From: Caldisericum sp.
GTDB taxonomy: Bacteria; Caldisericota; Caldisericia; Caldisericales; Caldisericaceae
Direction of reading: 5' to 3'
Assembly: GCA_022759145.1 (NCBI GenBank)
Contig: JAEMPV010000048.1
Coordinates: 4,263 to 68,262, forward strand
DNA length: 64,000 bases
Shown here: in pieces, positions 27,352 through 34,988 of the stretch
Layout: every line of letters starts with the position of its first letter
Numbering within the stretch: the stretch's first letter is position 1
The notes under the pieces: model-generated
Told to the model about the DNA's origin: nothing
What the model saw: the letters and a program-made list of their open reading frames with translations, nothing else
Databases searched by the model: none
Program-made: the position numbers and the translations under genes

Positions 27352-28556
27352 AAGTCTACGGATATAACGAAGCGATAGAAAAAATATTAGATACTTTCGA
27401 GATAAATATAAAAATACTTTCAATTCCGGTGGAAAATTCTTTTGGATATTATCTTGCAGAGGATGTCACTTCAAAAATTGATCTCCCTCCTTTTAGAAAA
27501 TCTTTAGTTGATGGTTTTGCCGTTAAATCATCGGATGTAAAGGGAGCAACCGAAAGCAATCCTGTTTTTTTAAAAAACTTAGGCGAAATTAAGATAGGAA
27601 CAAAACCTGAGTTTGTAATTGAAGAAGGAACTACTTGCTATGTTCCTACAGGAGGTGCTGTTCCCGAAGGCGCTGATGCGGTTGTAATGCTTGAAGACAC
27701 AGAAGTAAAAGGAGACACGGTTTTTGTTTTTAAAGATGTTCAGTCCTCTCAAAATATGTTTGAGCAGGGAGTCGAACTTGAAAAAGGTAAAGTGATCCTT
27801 GAAAAAGGGACAAGAATTAATGAAAGGAATATTGGCTTATTGAATTCGGTAGGAGTTGAATTTGTTAATGTGATAGAGCCGATAAGGGTAGGTCTGTTTT
27901 CAACGGGAGACGAGATTACCGACGAACATCCTTTACCATACGGAAAAATTTTTGATTTTAACAGAATTACGCTTAAGAACCTGATTACAAAAGATGGCTT
28001 TATTGTATCTGATTACGGCATTATAAAAGATAATCGTGATGCGATAACATATGCTTTAAAAACGGCTTTAAATGAAAATGATCTTGTTATAACAACTGGA
28101 GGAACAAGTAAAGGGAACTTTGATTTCACAGTAAATACCATTAATTCTCTAGGAACTCCTGGAGTTATTATTCATGGTTTAAATGCATCTCCTGGTAAAC
28201 CTACGATTTTTGGTGTCGTAGAAAAGAAATTGTTAATAGGTCTATCAGGAAATCCTCTTGCATCTTTTATGATTTACTCAATTGTAGTAAGAAAAATTTT
28301 ATCAAAGAAAATAGGCATTCGTTTTAATGAAAGCAAAATTGTTGGTAGGCTTTCATCTCAAGTAAATTCAAGAAAAGGAAGAGAAGAGTTTGTGCTTGGA
28401 AAACTAACAATTTCTCAAAACGAAAATTTAATAGAACCAGTATTTGCTGATTCTTCATTTGTATTTGTAATTAATAATTCTCAAGGGTATTTTAAAATTC
28501 CCCAGGATAAAGAAGGCCTCAACGCAGGAGATTTTGTTGAATTCTTCCTGTGGTGA
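27333..28556 (+). CDS. moeA: Molybdopterin molybdenumtransferase MoeA
   Basis: MoeA N-domain (VDGFAV...GAVPEGADAVVMLE), MoCF-binding domain (VGLFSTGDE...ITTGGTSKGNFD) and C-terminal beta-barrel. Confidence 0.88.
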   Translation: MGEKFLKVYGYNEAIEKILDTFEINIKILSIPVENSFGYYLAEDVTSKIDLPPFRKSLVDGFAVKSSDVKGATESNPVFLKNLGEIKIGTKPEFVIEEGTTCYVPTGGAVPEGADAVVMLEDTEVKGDTVFVFKDVQSSQNMFEQGVELEKGKVILEKGTRINERNIGLLNSVGVEFVNVIEPIRVGLFSTGDEITDEHPLPYGKIFDFNRITLKNLITKDGFIVSDYGIIKDNRDAITYALKTALNENDLVITTGGTSKGNFDFTVNTINSLGTPGVIIHGLNASPGKPTIFGVVEKKLLIGLSGNPLASFMIYSIVVRKILSKKIGIRFNESKIVGRLSSQVNSRKGREEFVLGKLTISQNENLIEPVFADSSFVFVINNSQGYFKIPQDKEGLNAGDFVEFFLW

Positions 28557-28569
28557 GGCTGCATTACTT

Positions 28570-29220
28570 CTACTGTTCTTTCATCTTTAAGTGTTCTTTA
28601 ATTTCTTTTATTAACTGCGCAGGTGTACTTATAGGATACTGTAGGTTAGCTAAAATATCAATAAGTTTCGTTTCTTTATAAGTCACATCCATAAGTTTAT
28701 CCTGAAGCACTTCGTGTGATGTAATTGGAAAGTTTATTCCTTTTATTCTTTTAAGTACCATATATGCCCATGGTATTTCTAATGTCTTCATCATATCTTC
28801 GAGGACAGCTGAACTGAAGTTAACAAGAACCTTAGCATCCTCTCCGCCTTTTACAAGTTTGTAAGCTAATTTTGCAATACCACCTGCAGTATGTGTCTTT
28901 AATTCCTTTGCTTCTTCCTTAGTTAGTTCTTCAAGTCTTTTAATTTTTTCAAGCGCAAGTTGTGGATCAGCTCTTATGATGTTCCTTACAGTATTTTTTG
29001 TTATCCCAACCTTTTGGGCAATTTCTTCTTCTGAACGGAGATACTCTTCCTTTAATACAACCGCAAGCGTTGCTCTTGCAAGCGACGGTAACCATGTAAG
29101 CGTTCTGTACTCAGCAAGTTTTACGATTCCTCCCAAAAGGTCAATGGACTTCGAGAATACTCTTGCAACGAGATCCTCAAATTCATTTTGAGGAATTTCA
29201 CTGCTACCTACAATAATCAT
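28570..29220 (-). CDS. HTH-containing protein of unknown family, translationally coupled to the KaiC-like ATPase
   Basis: 216 aa with one classical helix-turn-helix, SEEEIAQKVGITKNTVRNII. I recognise nothing else. The start overlaps the upstream stop (ATGA at 29217..29220). Confidence 0.6.
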   Translation of the reverse strand: MIIVGSSEIPQNEFEDLVARVFSKSIDLLGGIVKLAEYRTLTWLPSLARATLAVVLKEEYLRSEEEIAQKVGITKNTVRNIIRADPQLALEKIKRLEELTKEEAKELKTHTAGGIAKLAYKLVKGGEDAKVLVNFSSAVLEDMMKTLEIPWAYMVLKRIKGINFPITSHEVLQDKLMDVTYKETKLIDILANLQYPISTPAQLIKEIKEHLKMKEQ

Positions 29221-30116
29221 TCTACATCACCTCCTCCTATTGGCTCCTTGATTTTTACAATACCTGACTCAGTTATTTCTAAAAAGTGAGTCCTTGTATC
29301 GTGACCTGAAAGTCTGCAACCGTCGATTCTAAATAGTCTTACTATATCGCCCAAAGGCTTTTTGTAAATTTTTGCTTTGTATTGACTATCAATGAGTTCT
29401 TTTGCAACGACCATAGTACCATCGACAATGTGCCCAACTGCATATCCACCAGCTGCTTCTGCAGTTAATTCTTCATGACCACTTCTCTTCTGTGAAACAA
29501 AGATTGCAGTCTGATACCAGGATTTCATGAAGTTGAATAGCCTCCTTACTATTGCCCTTGCAAACATTTCCTTGCTTTCAAAAAGTCCTGTTACAGAGTC
29601 TATTACTGTGAACCTGACTTTGTAGTTTTGGATAACATATGCAAGCGTTGCAAGCAAGTCAGGGATATTTTCTCTCAGATTGTATGACGATGCTGCGTCA
29701 ATTAATATAATATTATCTTCGAAATCTTTGAAGTTATAACCCATTGCAGTTGCCCTTATTTGAAGAGACGCTGCAACAAAGTTTGCTGGTGATTCTACGG
29801 TTATAAATGCAACCTTCGAACCTTTACTTGCCTGTTCAACTGTAAATTGCTCAACCATAAGAGATTTACCAGTATCACTTACACCCGTGATGTTAAAAAC
29901 GGAATATGCTGGTATGCCGCCTAAAGTTTTCTTTACCAATTTTCCTTTTTCATCCTTTACAATAAAAAACAAATCATCCAGCCCTTCTATACCTGTTGGA
30001 ACTCCGTATATTTTTGGTGCCTTTTCTAAAGCCTGGCTTCCAGTATAAATGTTTTTAAAATCTACTTTGGGCTGTGTTCCTTTTTCTTCCTCATTGTATA
30101 AGTCTTTTTCCTCCAT
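29217..30116 (-). CDS. Single-domain KaiC/RadA-like RecA-superfamily ATPase
   Basis: GVPTGIEGLDDLF, Walker A NITGVSDTGKSL, Walker B FTVIDS. Start set at ATG 30116 (MEEKDLY), preceded by AAGGAGGA; the ORF-track TTG at 30143 contains that SD. Confidence 0.75.
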   Translation of the reverse strand: MEEKDLYNEEEKGTQPKVDFKNIYTGSQALEKAPKIYGVPTGIEGLDDLFFIVKDEKGKLVKKTLGGIPAYSVFNITGVSDTGKSLMVEQFTVEQASKGSKVAFITVESPANFVAASLQIRATAMGYNFKDFEDNIILIDAASSYNLRENIPDLLATLAYVIQNYKVRFTVIDSVTGLFESKEMFARAIVRRLFNFMKSWYQTAIFVSQKRSGHEELTAEAAGGYAVGHIVDGTMVVAKELIDSQYKAKIYKKPLGDIVRLFRIDGCRLSGHDTRTHFLEITESGIVKIKEPIGGGDVE

Positions 30117-30237
30117 AGTTTCCTCCTTTATATATTTTATCAAATCTTCTAAAAACTTAAAACTCTCTTAAAAAAATTAGAAAACAGATAATTTTACTTC
30201 ATAAGCAATAGCGCACTATTACTTAGATACAAAGTTT

Positions 30238-30278
30238 AAAGATTTATTGATTGAAATCTGTATATAAAATAAATCTTT
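30238..30278. repeat. Perfect 11-nt inverted repeat, AAAGATTTATT-19 nt-AATAAATCTTT
   Basis: Left arm 30238..30248, right arm 30268..30278, in the divergent kaiC-like/rpsB intergenic region. Confidence 0.7.
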
Positions 30279-30315
30279 GGTTTCGATAACTGTGATGAAG
30301 TTATAGAACATAGAT

Positions 30316-30329
30316 TTTACTATAGTAAA
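30316..30329. repeat. Perfect 14-nt palindrome TTTACTATAGTAAA
   Basis: Read directly at 30316..30329. Candidate dimeric-regulator operator. Confidence 0.7.
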
Positions 30330-30412
30330 TTTTATTAATTTTTCAAGTTAACGCTTAGTAATAAAAATACTTGATTTTTTTGGATAAATCCTTAAAATAT
30401 AATGATTACACA

Positions 30413-30471
30413 CCATCTGGATTCTCGGAAAGTGTAGGTATGTAACCTATCTCCGAGAAGTTGAAGGATGG
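30413..30471 (+). promoter_or_regulatory. Structured rpsB 5' leader (nested hairpins), candidate S2 autoregulatory element
   Basis: CCATC (30413..30417) pairs with GATGG (30467..30471). This encloses TTCTCGGA (30422..30429)/TCCGAGAA (30452..30459), which encloses TAGGT (30435..30439)/ACCTA (30445..30449). SD AGGAGG and ATG 30503 follow. Confidence 0.4.
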
Positions 30472-30502
30472 GAGGTAAAAACTAAATTAGGAGGTCTAAA
30501 AA

Positions 30503-31279
30503 ATGAGTGTAGTTTCAATGAAGGAACTTCTTGAAGCAGGTGTCCATTTTGGACATCAGACGAAGAGATGGGATCCACGAATGAAGGAGTACATTTTTAC
30601 AGAAAGAAACGGGATCCATATCTTTGACTTAAGGCTTACTGTCCAAAAGATAGAGGAAGCCTATAAGTTTGTAGTTGACGTTACGAGGCAGGGTGGAAAG
30701 ATTATTTTTGTGGGTACAAAAAAGGCTGCTCAGGACATCGTAAAGGAAGAGGCAGAAAGATGCGGAATGCCCTATGTGAATGAACGTTGGGTTGGTGGTC
30801 TTTTAACAAACTTCCAAACCGTCCGCAAGAGCATTAACAGATTAAAAGAACTTGAGAAACTTGAACAGGAAGGGTATTTTGATACCATTTCTGTTAAAGA
30901 AAGAGTTAAACTTGAGCGAGAATTAGCAAAACTTAGAAAACTTTATGGCGGTCTTAAAGACATGGTAACTCTTCCATGGGCAATTTTTGTAACGGACACT
31001 CACAAAGAGAGAAGTGCTATTCTCGAGGCAAGAAAAATAAAGATACCGATTATTGGTATTTGTGATACAAATTCTAACCCAGAAGAAATTGATTATCCTA
31101 TCCCTGGCAATGACGATGCGATCCGTTCACTTAGGCTTATTACTTCAATAATTGCAAATGCAGTGATTGAAGGAAAAGAAGGAAAAGTTGAAAAGGAAGA
31201 AATTGAGGAAGAAGTAAGCGAAGAAGAACTTCTTACAAAAGAGTTTGACTTCGAAGAGTTTGAAGATTATAAAAAATAA
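30503..31279 (+). CDS. rpsB: 30S ribosomal protein S2
   Basis: [23 protein letters not shown]-terminus, with an acidic C-terminal tail. Confidence 0.97.
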   Translation: MSVVSMKELLEAGVHFGHQTKRWDPRMKEYIFTERNGIHIFDLRLTVQKIEEAYKFVVDVTRQGGKIIFVGTKKAAQDIVKEEAERCGMPYVNERWVGGLLTNFQTVRKSINRLKELEKLEQEGYFDTISVKERVKLERELAKLRKLYGGLKDMVTLPWAIFVTDTHKERSAILEARKIKIPIIGICDTNSNPEEIDYPIPGNDDAIRSLRLITSIIANAVIEGKEGKVEKEEIEEEVSEEELLTKEFDFEEFEDYKK

Positions 31280-31300
31280 TTAGAAAAGAGGTGAAATGAT

Positions 31301-31888
31301 ATGGGTTTAGATTTAATTAAAGAACTACGTGCAAGAACAGGCGCAGGTATTTCAGATTGCAAAAAAGCACTAGAAGAAGCAAACGGTGATATCGAGAAAG
31401 CGATTGATATTTTAAGAGAAAGAGGTATTGCAAAGGCAGTTAAGAAGTCTGGACGTGTAACAAACGAGGGTGTTATTGCTGCTTACATACATCCAGGAAG
31501 CCAACTTGGAGTACTTGTTGAAGTAAATTGCGAAACTGATTTTGTTGCAAGAACTGATGAATTCAAAAAATTAGCCGATGAGATCGCACTTCAAATTGCA
31601 GCCTCATCACCTGAATATGTTTCTCGTGAAGATGTCCCGCAGGATGTTATAGAAAAAGAGAAGGAAATTTACAGAAAGCAGTTGGAAGAAGAAGGAAAGC
31701 CTGCCAATGTTATTGACAGAATCATCGAAGGAAAAATTGAAACATTCTTCAAGGAACATTGCCTTCTTGAGCAGCCATATTTAAGGGATGAAAGCATTAC
31801 TATTGAGCAATTAATAAAGGAGCATATCGCAAAATTTGGCGAAAACATAACTGTAAGAAGATTTGCACGCTTCAAGGTAGGTGAGTAG
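31301..31888 (+). CDS. tsf: Elongation factor Ts (short form)
   Basis: UBA-like N-terminus [30 protein letters not shown], then [22 protein letters not shown]. Confidence 0.95.
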   Translation: MGLDLIKELRARTGAGISDCKKALEEANGDIEKAIDILRERGIAKAVKKSGRVTNEGVIAAYIHPGSQLGVLVEVNCETDFVARTDEFKKLADEIALQIAASSPEYVSREDVPQDVIEKEKEIYRKQLEEEGKPANVIDRIIEGKIETFFKEHCLLEQPYLRDESITIEQLIKEHIAKFGENITVRRFARFKVGE

Positions 31889-31890
31889 AT

Positions 31891-32604
31891 TTGCCTCAGT
31901 ATAAAAGAATTATACTGAAACTAAGCGGGGAAGCGCTTGCAGATGTCGATGGAGTTGGCATAAGCAAGGTAACCCTTGATGGACTTGCTGAGCAAATTGC
32001 GTATCTTCATAACCAGGCTATTGAAATTGGTGTGGTTATTGGTGGTGGAAATATTTTGCGTGGTGCAGAAGCAGAAAAATTAGGAATAGATAGAGCAACT
32101 GGTGATTATATGGGAATGCTTGCAACAATAATAAATGCACTTGCACTTCAAAATGCACTTTTGAGTAGAGGCATCGATGCACGAGTTATGTCCTCCTTTA
32201 CAATTCCAGAGGTAGCAGAACCTTATATTCTTGCTAAGGCGCTCTCACACTTTTCAAAAAATAGAGTGATTATCTTTGGGGGAGGCACGGGTCTCCCCTT
32301 CTTTAGTACCGATACAACTGCGGCGCTTCGTGCACTTGAATTAAAGGCGGAAGCCTTATTTAAGGCAACAAAAGTTGATGCAGTTTATTCGGATGATCCT
32401 ACTAAGAATGCTAACGCAGTAAGATACGAAACAATTACTTATACAGAGTTCTTACTTAAAAATTTGAAAGTAATGGATGCGACGGCAGTTTCCCTTTGCA
32501 GAGACTTTAAATTGCCAATAATTCTTTTTAGCATTAAGGGTAAGGATACACTAATTAAAGCGGTAATTGAAGGCAAAGTAGGAACAGTTATAAAGGAGGG
32601 ATAG
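31891..32604 (+). CDS. pyrH: UMP kinase
   Basis: TTG start. YKRIILKLSGEAL, GGGNILRG and GMLATIINALAL motifs. Confidence 0.93.
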   Translation: MPQYKRIILKLSGEALADVDGVGISKVTLDGLAEQIAYLHNQAIEIGVVIGGGNILRGAEAEKLGIDRATGDYMGMLATIINALALQNALLSRGIDARVMSSFTIPEVAEPYILAKALSHFSKNRVIIFGGGTGLPFFSTDTTAALRALELKAEALFKATKVDAVYSDDPTKNANAVRYETITYTEFLLKNLKVMDATAVSLCRDFKLPIILFSIKGKDTLIKAVIEGKVGTVIKEG

Positions 32605-32606
32605 AG

Positions 32607-33176
32607 ATGACTTTAGAACAAGAGAAAAAGATCCTAAATGAAGTTGAAGAGAAAATGAAAAAAGCAGTTGAAGTCATGGAACGAGAGTTTTCGAAAATTA
32701 TGGCTACAAGAGTTACTCCAGAAATTCTTGATCCTGTTAAGGTAGAAGCCTATGGTACTTTAATGCCGCTTAAACAGGTTGCAACTGTTGTAGCTCCTAA
32801 ACCGAGGCTTTTAGTAGTCGAGCCGTGGGACAAGTCTCTTTTGAAGGAAATAGAAAGAGCTATTTTAAAGGCAAATTTAGGTGTTACGCCTCAGAGCGAT
32901 GGAACTACCATTACTCTTCCGTTTCCTAAGCTTACCGAAGAAGAAAGACAAAAATTTGTAGTTCAAGTTAAGAAACTTGCTGAAGAATTCAGAGAAGAAG
33001 TTAGAGCAATAAGACGTGAAGAAATCGAAAAGATAAAAACTATGGAAAAGAATAAAGAAATATCAGAAGACGATAAATTTAGACTCCAAGAAAAGATACA
33101 GCAACTTACGGAAAAGTATATTGACATAATTGACGAAAGACTAGAAAAGAAAGAGAAGGAGATTCTGGAGGTTTAA
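32607..33176 (+). CDS. frr: Ribosome recycling factor
   Basis: 189 aa with the typical RRF pattern (LDPVKVEAYG...PWDKSLLKEIERAI). Position after pyrH. Confidence 0.93.
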   Translation: MTLEQEKKILNEVEEKMKKAVEVMEREFSKIMATRVTPEILDPVKVEAYGTLMPLKQVATVVAPKPRLLVVEPWDKSLLKEIERAILKANLGVTPQSDGTTITLPFPKLTEEERQKFVVQVKKLAEEFREEVRAIRREEIEKIKTMEKNKEISEDDKFRLQEKIQQLTEKYIDIIDERLEKKEKEILEV

Positions 33177-33865
33177 TGAATCTAATTTCTCCCGTTCCCA
33201 ATCATGTTGCGATAATAATGGATGGGAACGGGAGATGGGCGACTCAACGTGGTCTCAACAGAACCGAGGGTCATAAAGAAGGCGTAAAGGTCGTAAAAAA
33301 GATAGTAGAGGCTTCTGTTGAGGTAGGCGTTAAATATTTAACTTTGTTTGCATTTTCTACTGAAAACTGGAAAAGAGGACCAAGCGAAGTAAATTTTTTG
33401 CTAAACTTATTCGTCGATACAATTTATAACTATATACCAGAACTTAAAAGAAATTCCGTGAAGTTAAATTTTATAGGTGATTTTACACCTCTCCCTGTGC
33501 CTTTAAAGAAGACAATGGAATATGCCTTGAAAGAAACTTCGGATGGCTCGAGTTTAGTATTAACAATTGCGATAAACTATGGTGGACGTCACGAGATCCT
33601 TGAAGCGTGTAGAAAATTATGCGAAAGTAATGAAGATATAACAGAGGAAAATTTTAAAAAGTTTCTATATACAAAAGATCTTCCAGATCCGGATCTGCTA
33701 ATTAGGACAAGTGGGGAAATGCGTATAAGTAATTTTCTTCTATTTCAGGTAGCCTATACAGAACTTTATTTTACAAAAACATTATGGCCCGACTTCACAA
33801 AGGAAGAATATTTTAAAATATTGCAAGATTTTGGTAAGAGGGAAAGAAGATTCGGCGGTGTCTAA
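33176..33865 (+). CDS. uppS: Undecaprenyl diphosphate synthase (cis-prenyltransferase)
   Basis: HVAIIMDGNGRWA, FAFSTENWKR and RTSGEMRISNFLL motifs. Confidence 0.93.
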   Translation: MNLISPVPNHVAIIMDGNGRWATQRGLNRTEGHKEGVKVVKKIVEASVEVGVKYLTLFAFSTENWKRGPSEVNFLLNLFVDTIYNYIPELKRNSVKLNFIGDFTPLPVPLKKTMEYALKETSDGSSLVLTIAINYGGRHEILEACRKLCESNEDITEENFKKFLYTKDLPDPDLLIRTSGEMRISNFLLFQVAYTELYFTKTLWPDFTKEEYFKILQDFGKRERRFGGV

Positions 33866-34988
33866 AAAAGTTGTTATATTTGGCTCAACAGGGACTCTTG
33901 GAAAAAAAGCTTTTGAAATTTCACTGAACCTTGGTTATAAAATTGTTGGTCTTACTGCTTATAAAAATGTTTTTGAAATTAGAAAACAAATGCTTCTTTC
34001 AAATCCATCCTTCGTTGCGGTAGACGATCAATTACTTGGAGAGATTGAGGAACCAAATACTAAAACATACTCTTTAAACGAAGTTCATGAGCATATACTT
34101 GAATACGAGCCTGACATTGTCCTCTTTCTTGCATCAGGTATAACCTCTGCGAAAGCAATAAGAGTATGCCTTGAAAAGGGCATAAGAATAGGGATAGCAA
34201 ATAAAGAAAGTATAATTGCTTTTGGAGAAGTCCTGTTTGAAAATAAGAATTTTGGAGATCTCGTTATACCAGTAGATTCTGAGACTTCTGGCATTTTCCA
34301 GGTGTTGCTTGGGGAGAGGAAAGAAGATTTAGAAAGGATAATTATAACTGCCTCTGGTGGTCCGTTTTTTAACAAGAAGAGAGACGATTTAGAGAAAGTT
34401 TCTGTGAAAGACGTCTTGAATCATCCGAATTGGCGTATGGGCAGTAAAATAACAGTAGATTCTGCAAATCTTGTTAACAAGGCGTTTGAAGTTATTGAAA
34501 CTCATTTTCTTTTTAATGTTCCTTACTCGAAAATTGATGCAGTTATTCATAGGGAAAGTGTTATTCACGCAATGGCTGAATTTAAAGATGGCGAGATAAA
34601 AGCCCTTTTAAGTACTCCAGATATGGCTATTCCAATACAGTATTCCTTAACTTATCCTGAAAGAAAAGAGAACAATATTAAGCACTTAGATTTGGTATCT
34701 TTAGGAAAACTAACATTTTATGAAATTGATAGAGATGCATTTCCACTATTTGATACCATTTTAAGTTATGCAATGCTTGGGGGAAATTATTTACCATCAA
34801 TTGTTGCAATTGACGAAGCGTTGGTTGAAAGTTTCTTAAGCGAAGAGATTTCTTTCCTTGATATTGAGAAGTACTTAATAGATTTTTTGGGTTCCATTGA
34901 GTTTCAAAAAATCAACAGCTTGGAAGAGGGAGAAAATGTGTATAATAATACGAAAAATAAAATTTTAGAGATACTAAGGAGAAAATGA
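33858..34988 (+). CDS. dxr: 1-deoxy-D-xylulose-5-phosphate reductoisomerase
   Basis: KVVIFGSTGTLG NADPH motif, PVDSE, NHPNWRMGSKITVDSA. GTG 33858 preferred over TTG 33831; both are in frame. Confidence 0.9.
   Translation: MSKKVVIFGSTGTLGKKAFEISLNLGYKIVGLTAYKNVFEIRKQMLLSNPSFVAVDDQLLGEIEEPNTKTYSLNEVHEHILEYEPDIVLFLASGITSAKAIRVCLEKGIRIGIANKESIIAFGEVLFENKNFGDLVIPVDSETSGIFQVLLGERKEDLERIIITASGGPFFNKKRDDLEKVSVKDVLNHPNWRMGSKITVDSANLVNKAFEVIETHFLFNVPYSKIDAVIHRESVIHAMAEFKDGEIKALLSTPDMAIPIQYSLTYPERKENNIKHLDLVSLGKLTFYEIDRDAFPLFDTILSYAMLGGNYLPSIVAIDEALVESFLSEEISFLDIEKYLIDFLGSIEFQKINSLEEGENVYNNTKNKILEILRRK

Noticed and set aside
29217-30143. Interpretation as a circadian clock (kaiC) gene
   Set aside because: It has only one RecA-like domain (about 300 aa), whereas the clock protein has two. 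There is no kaiA or kaiB. The name reflects only the fold family.
30371-30403. rpsB promoter assignment (TTGATT ... TATAAT at 30398..30403)
   Set aside because: The spacer between the two hexamers is 21 nt. The alternative TTGGAT gives 12 nt. The -10 looks good, but I cannot define a credible -35, so I did not list it as a feature.
30402-30437. 11-codon ORF (MITHHLDSRKV) in the rpsB leader as a possible leader peptide
   Set aside because: No SD. It overlaps the predicted leader helices. It is too short and unremarkable to support without conservation data.
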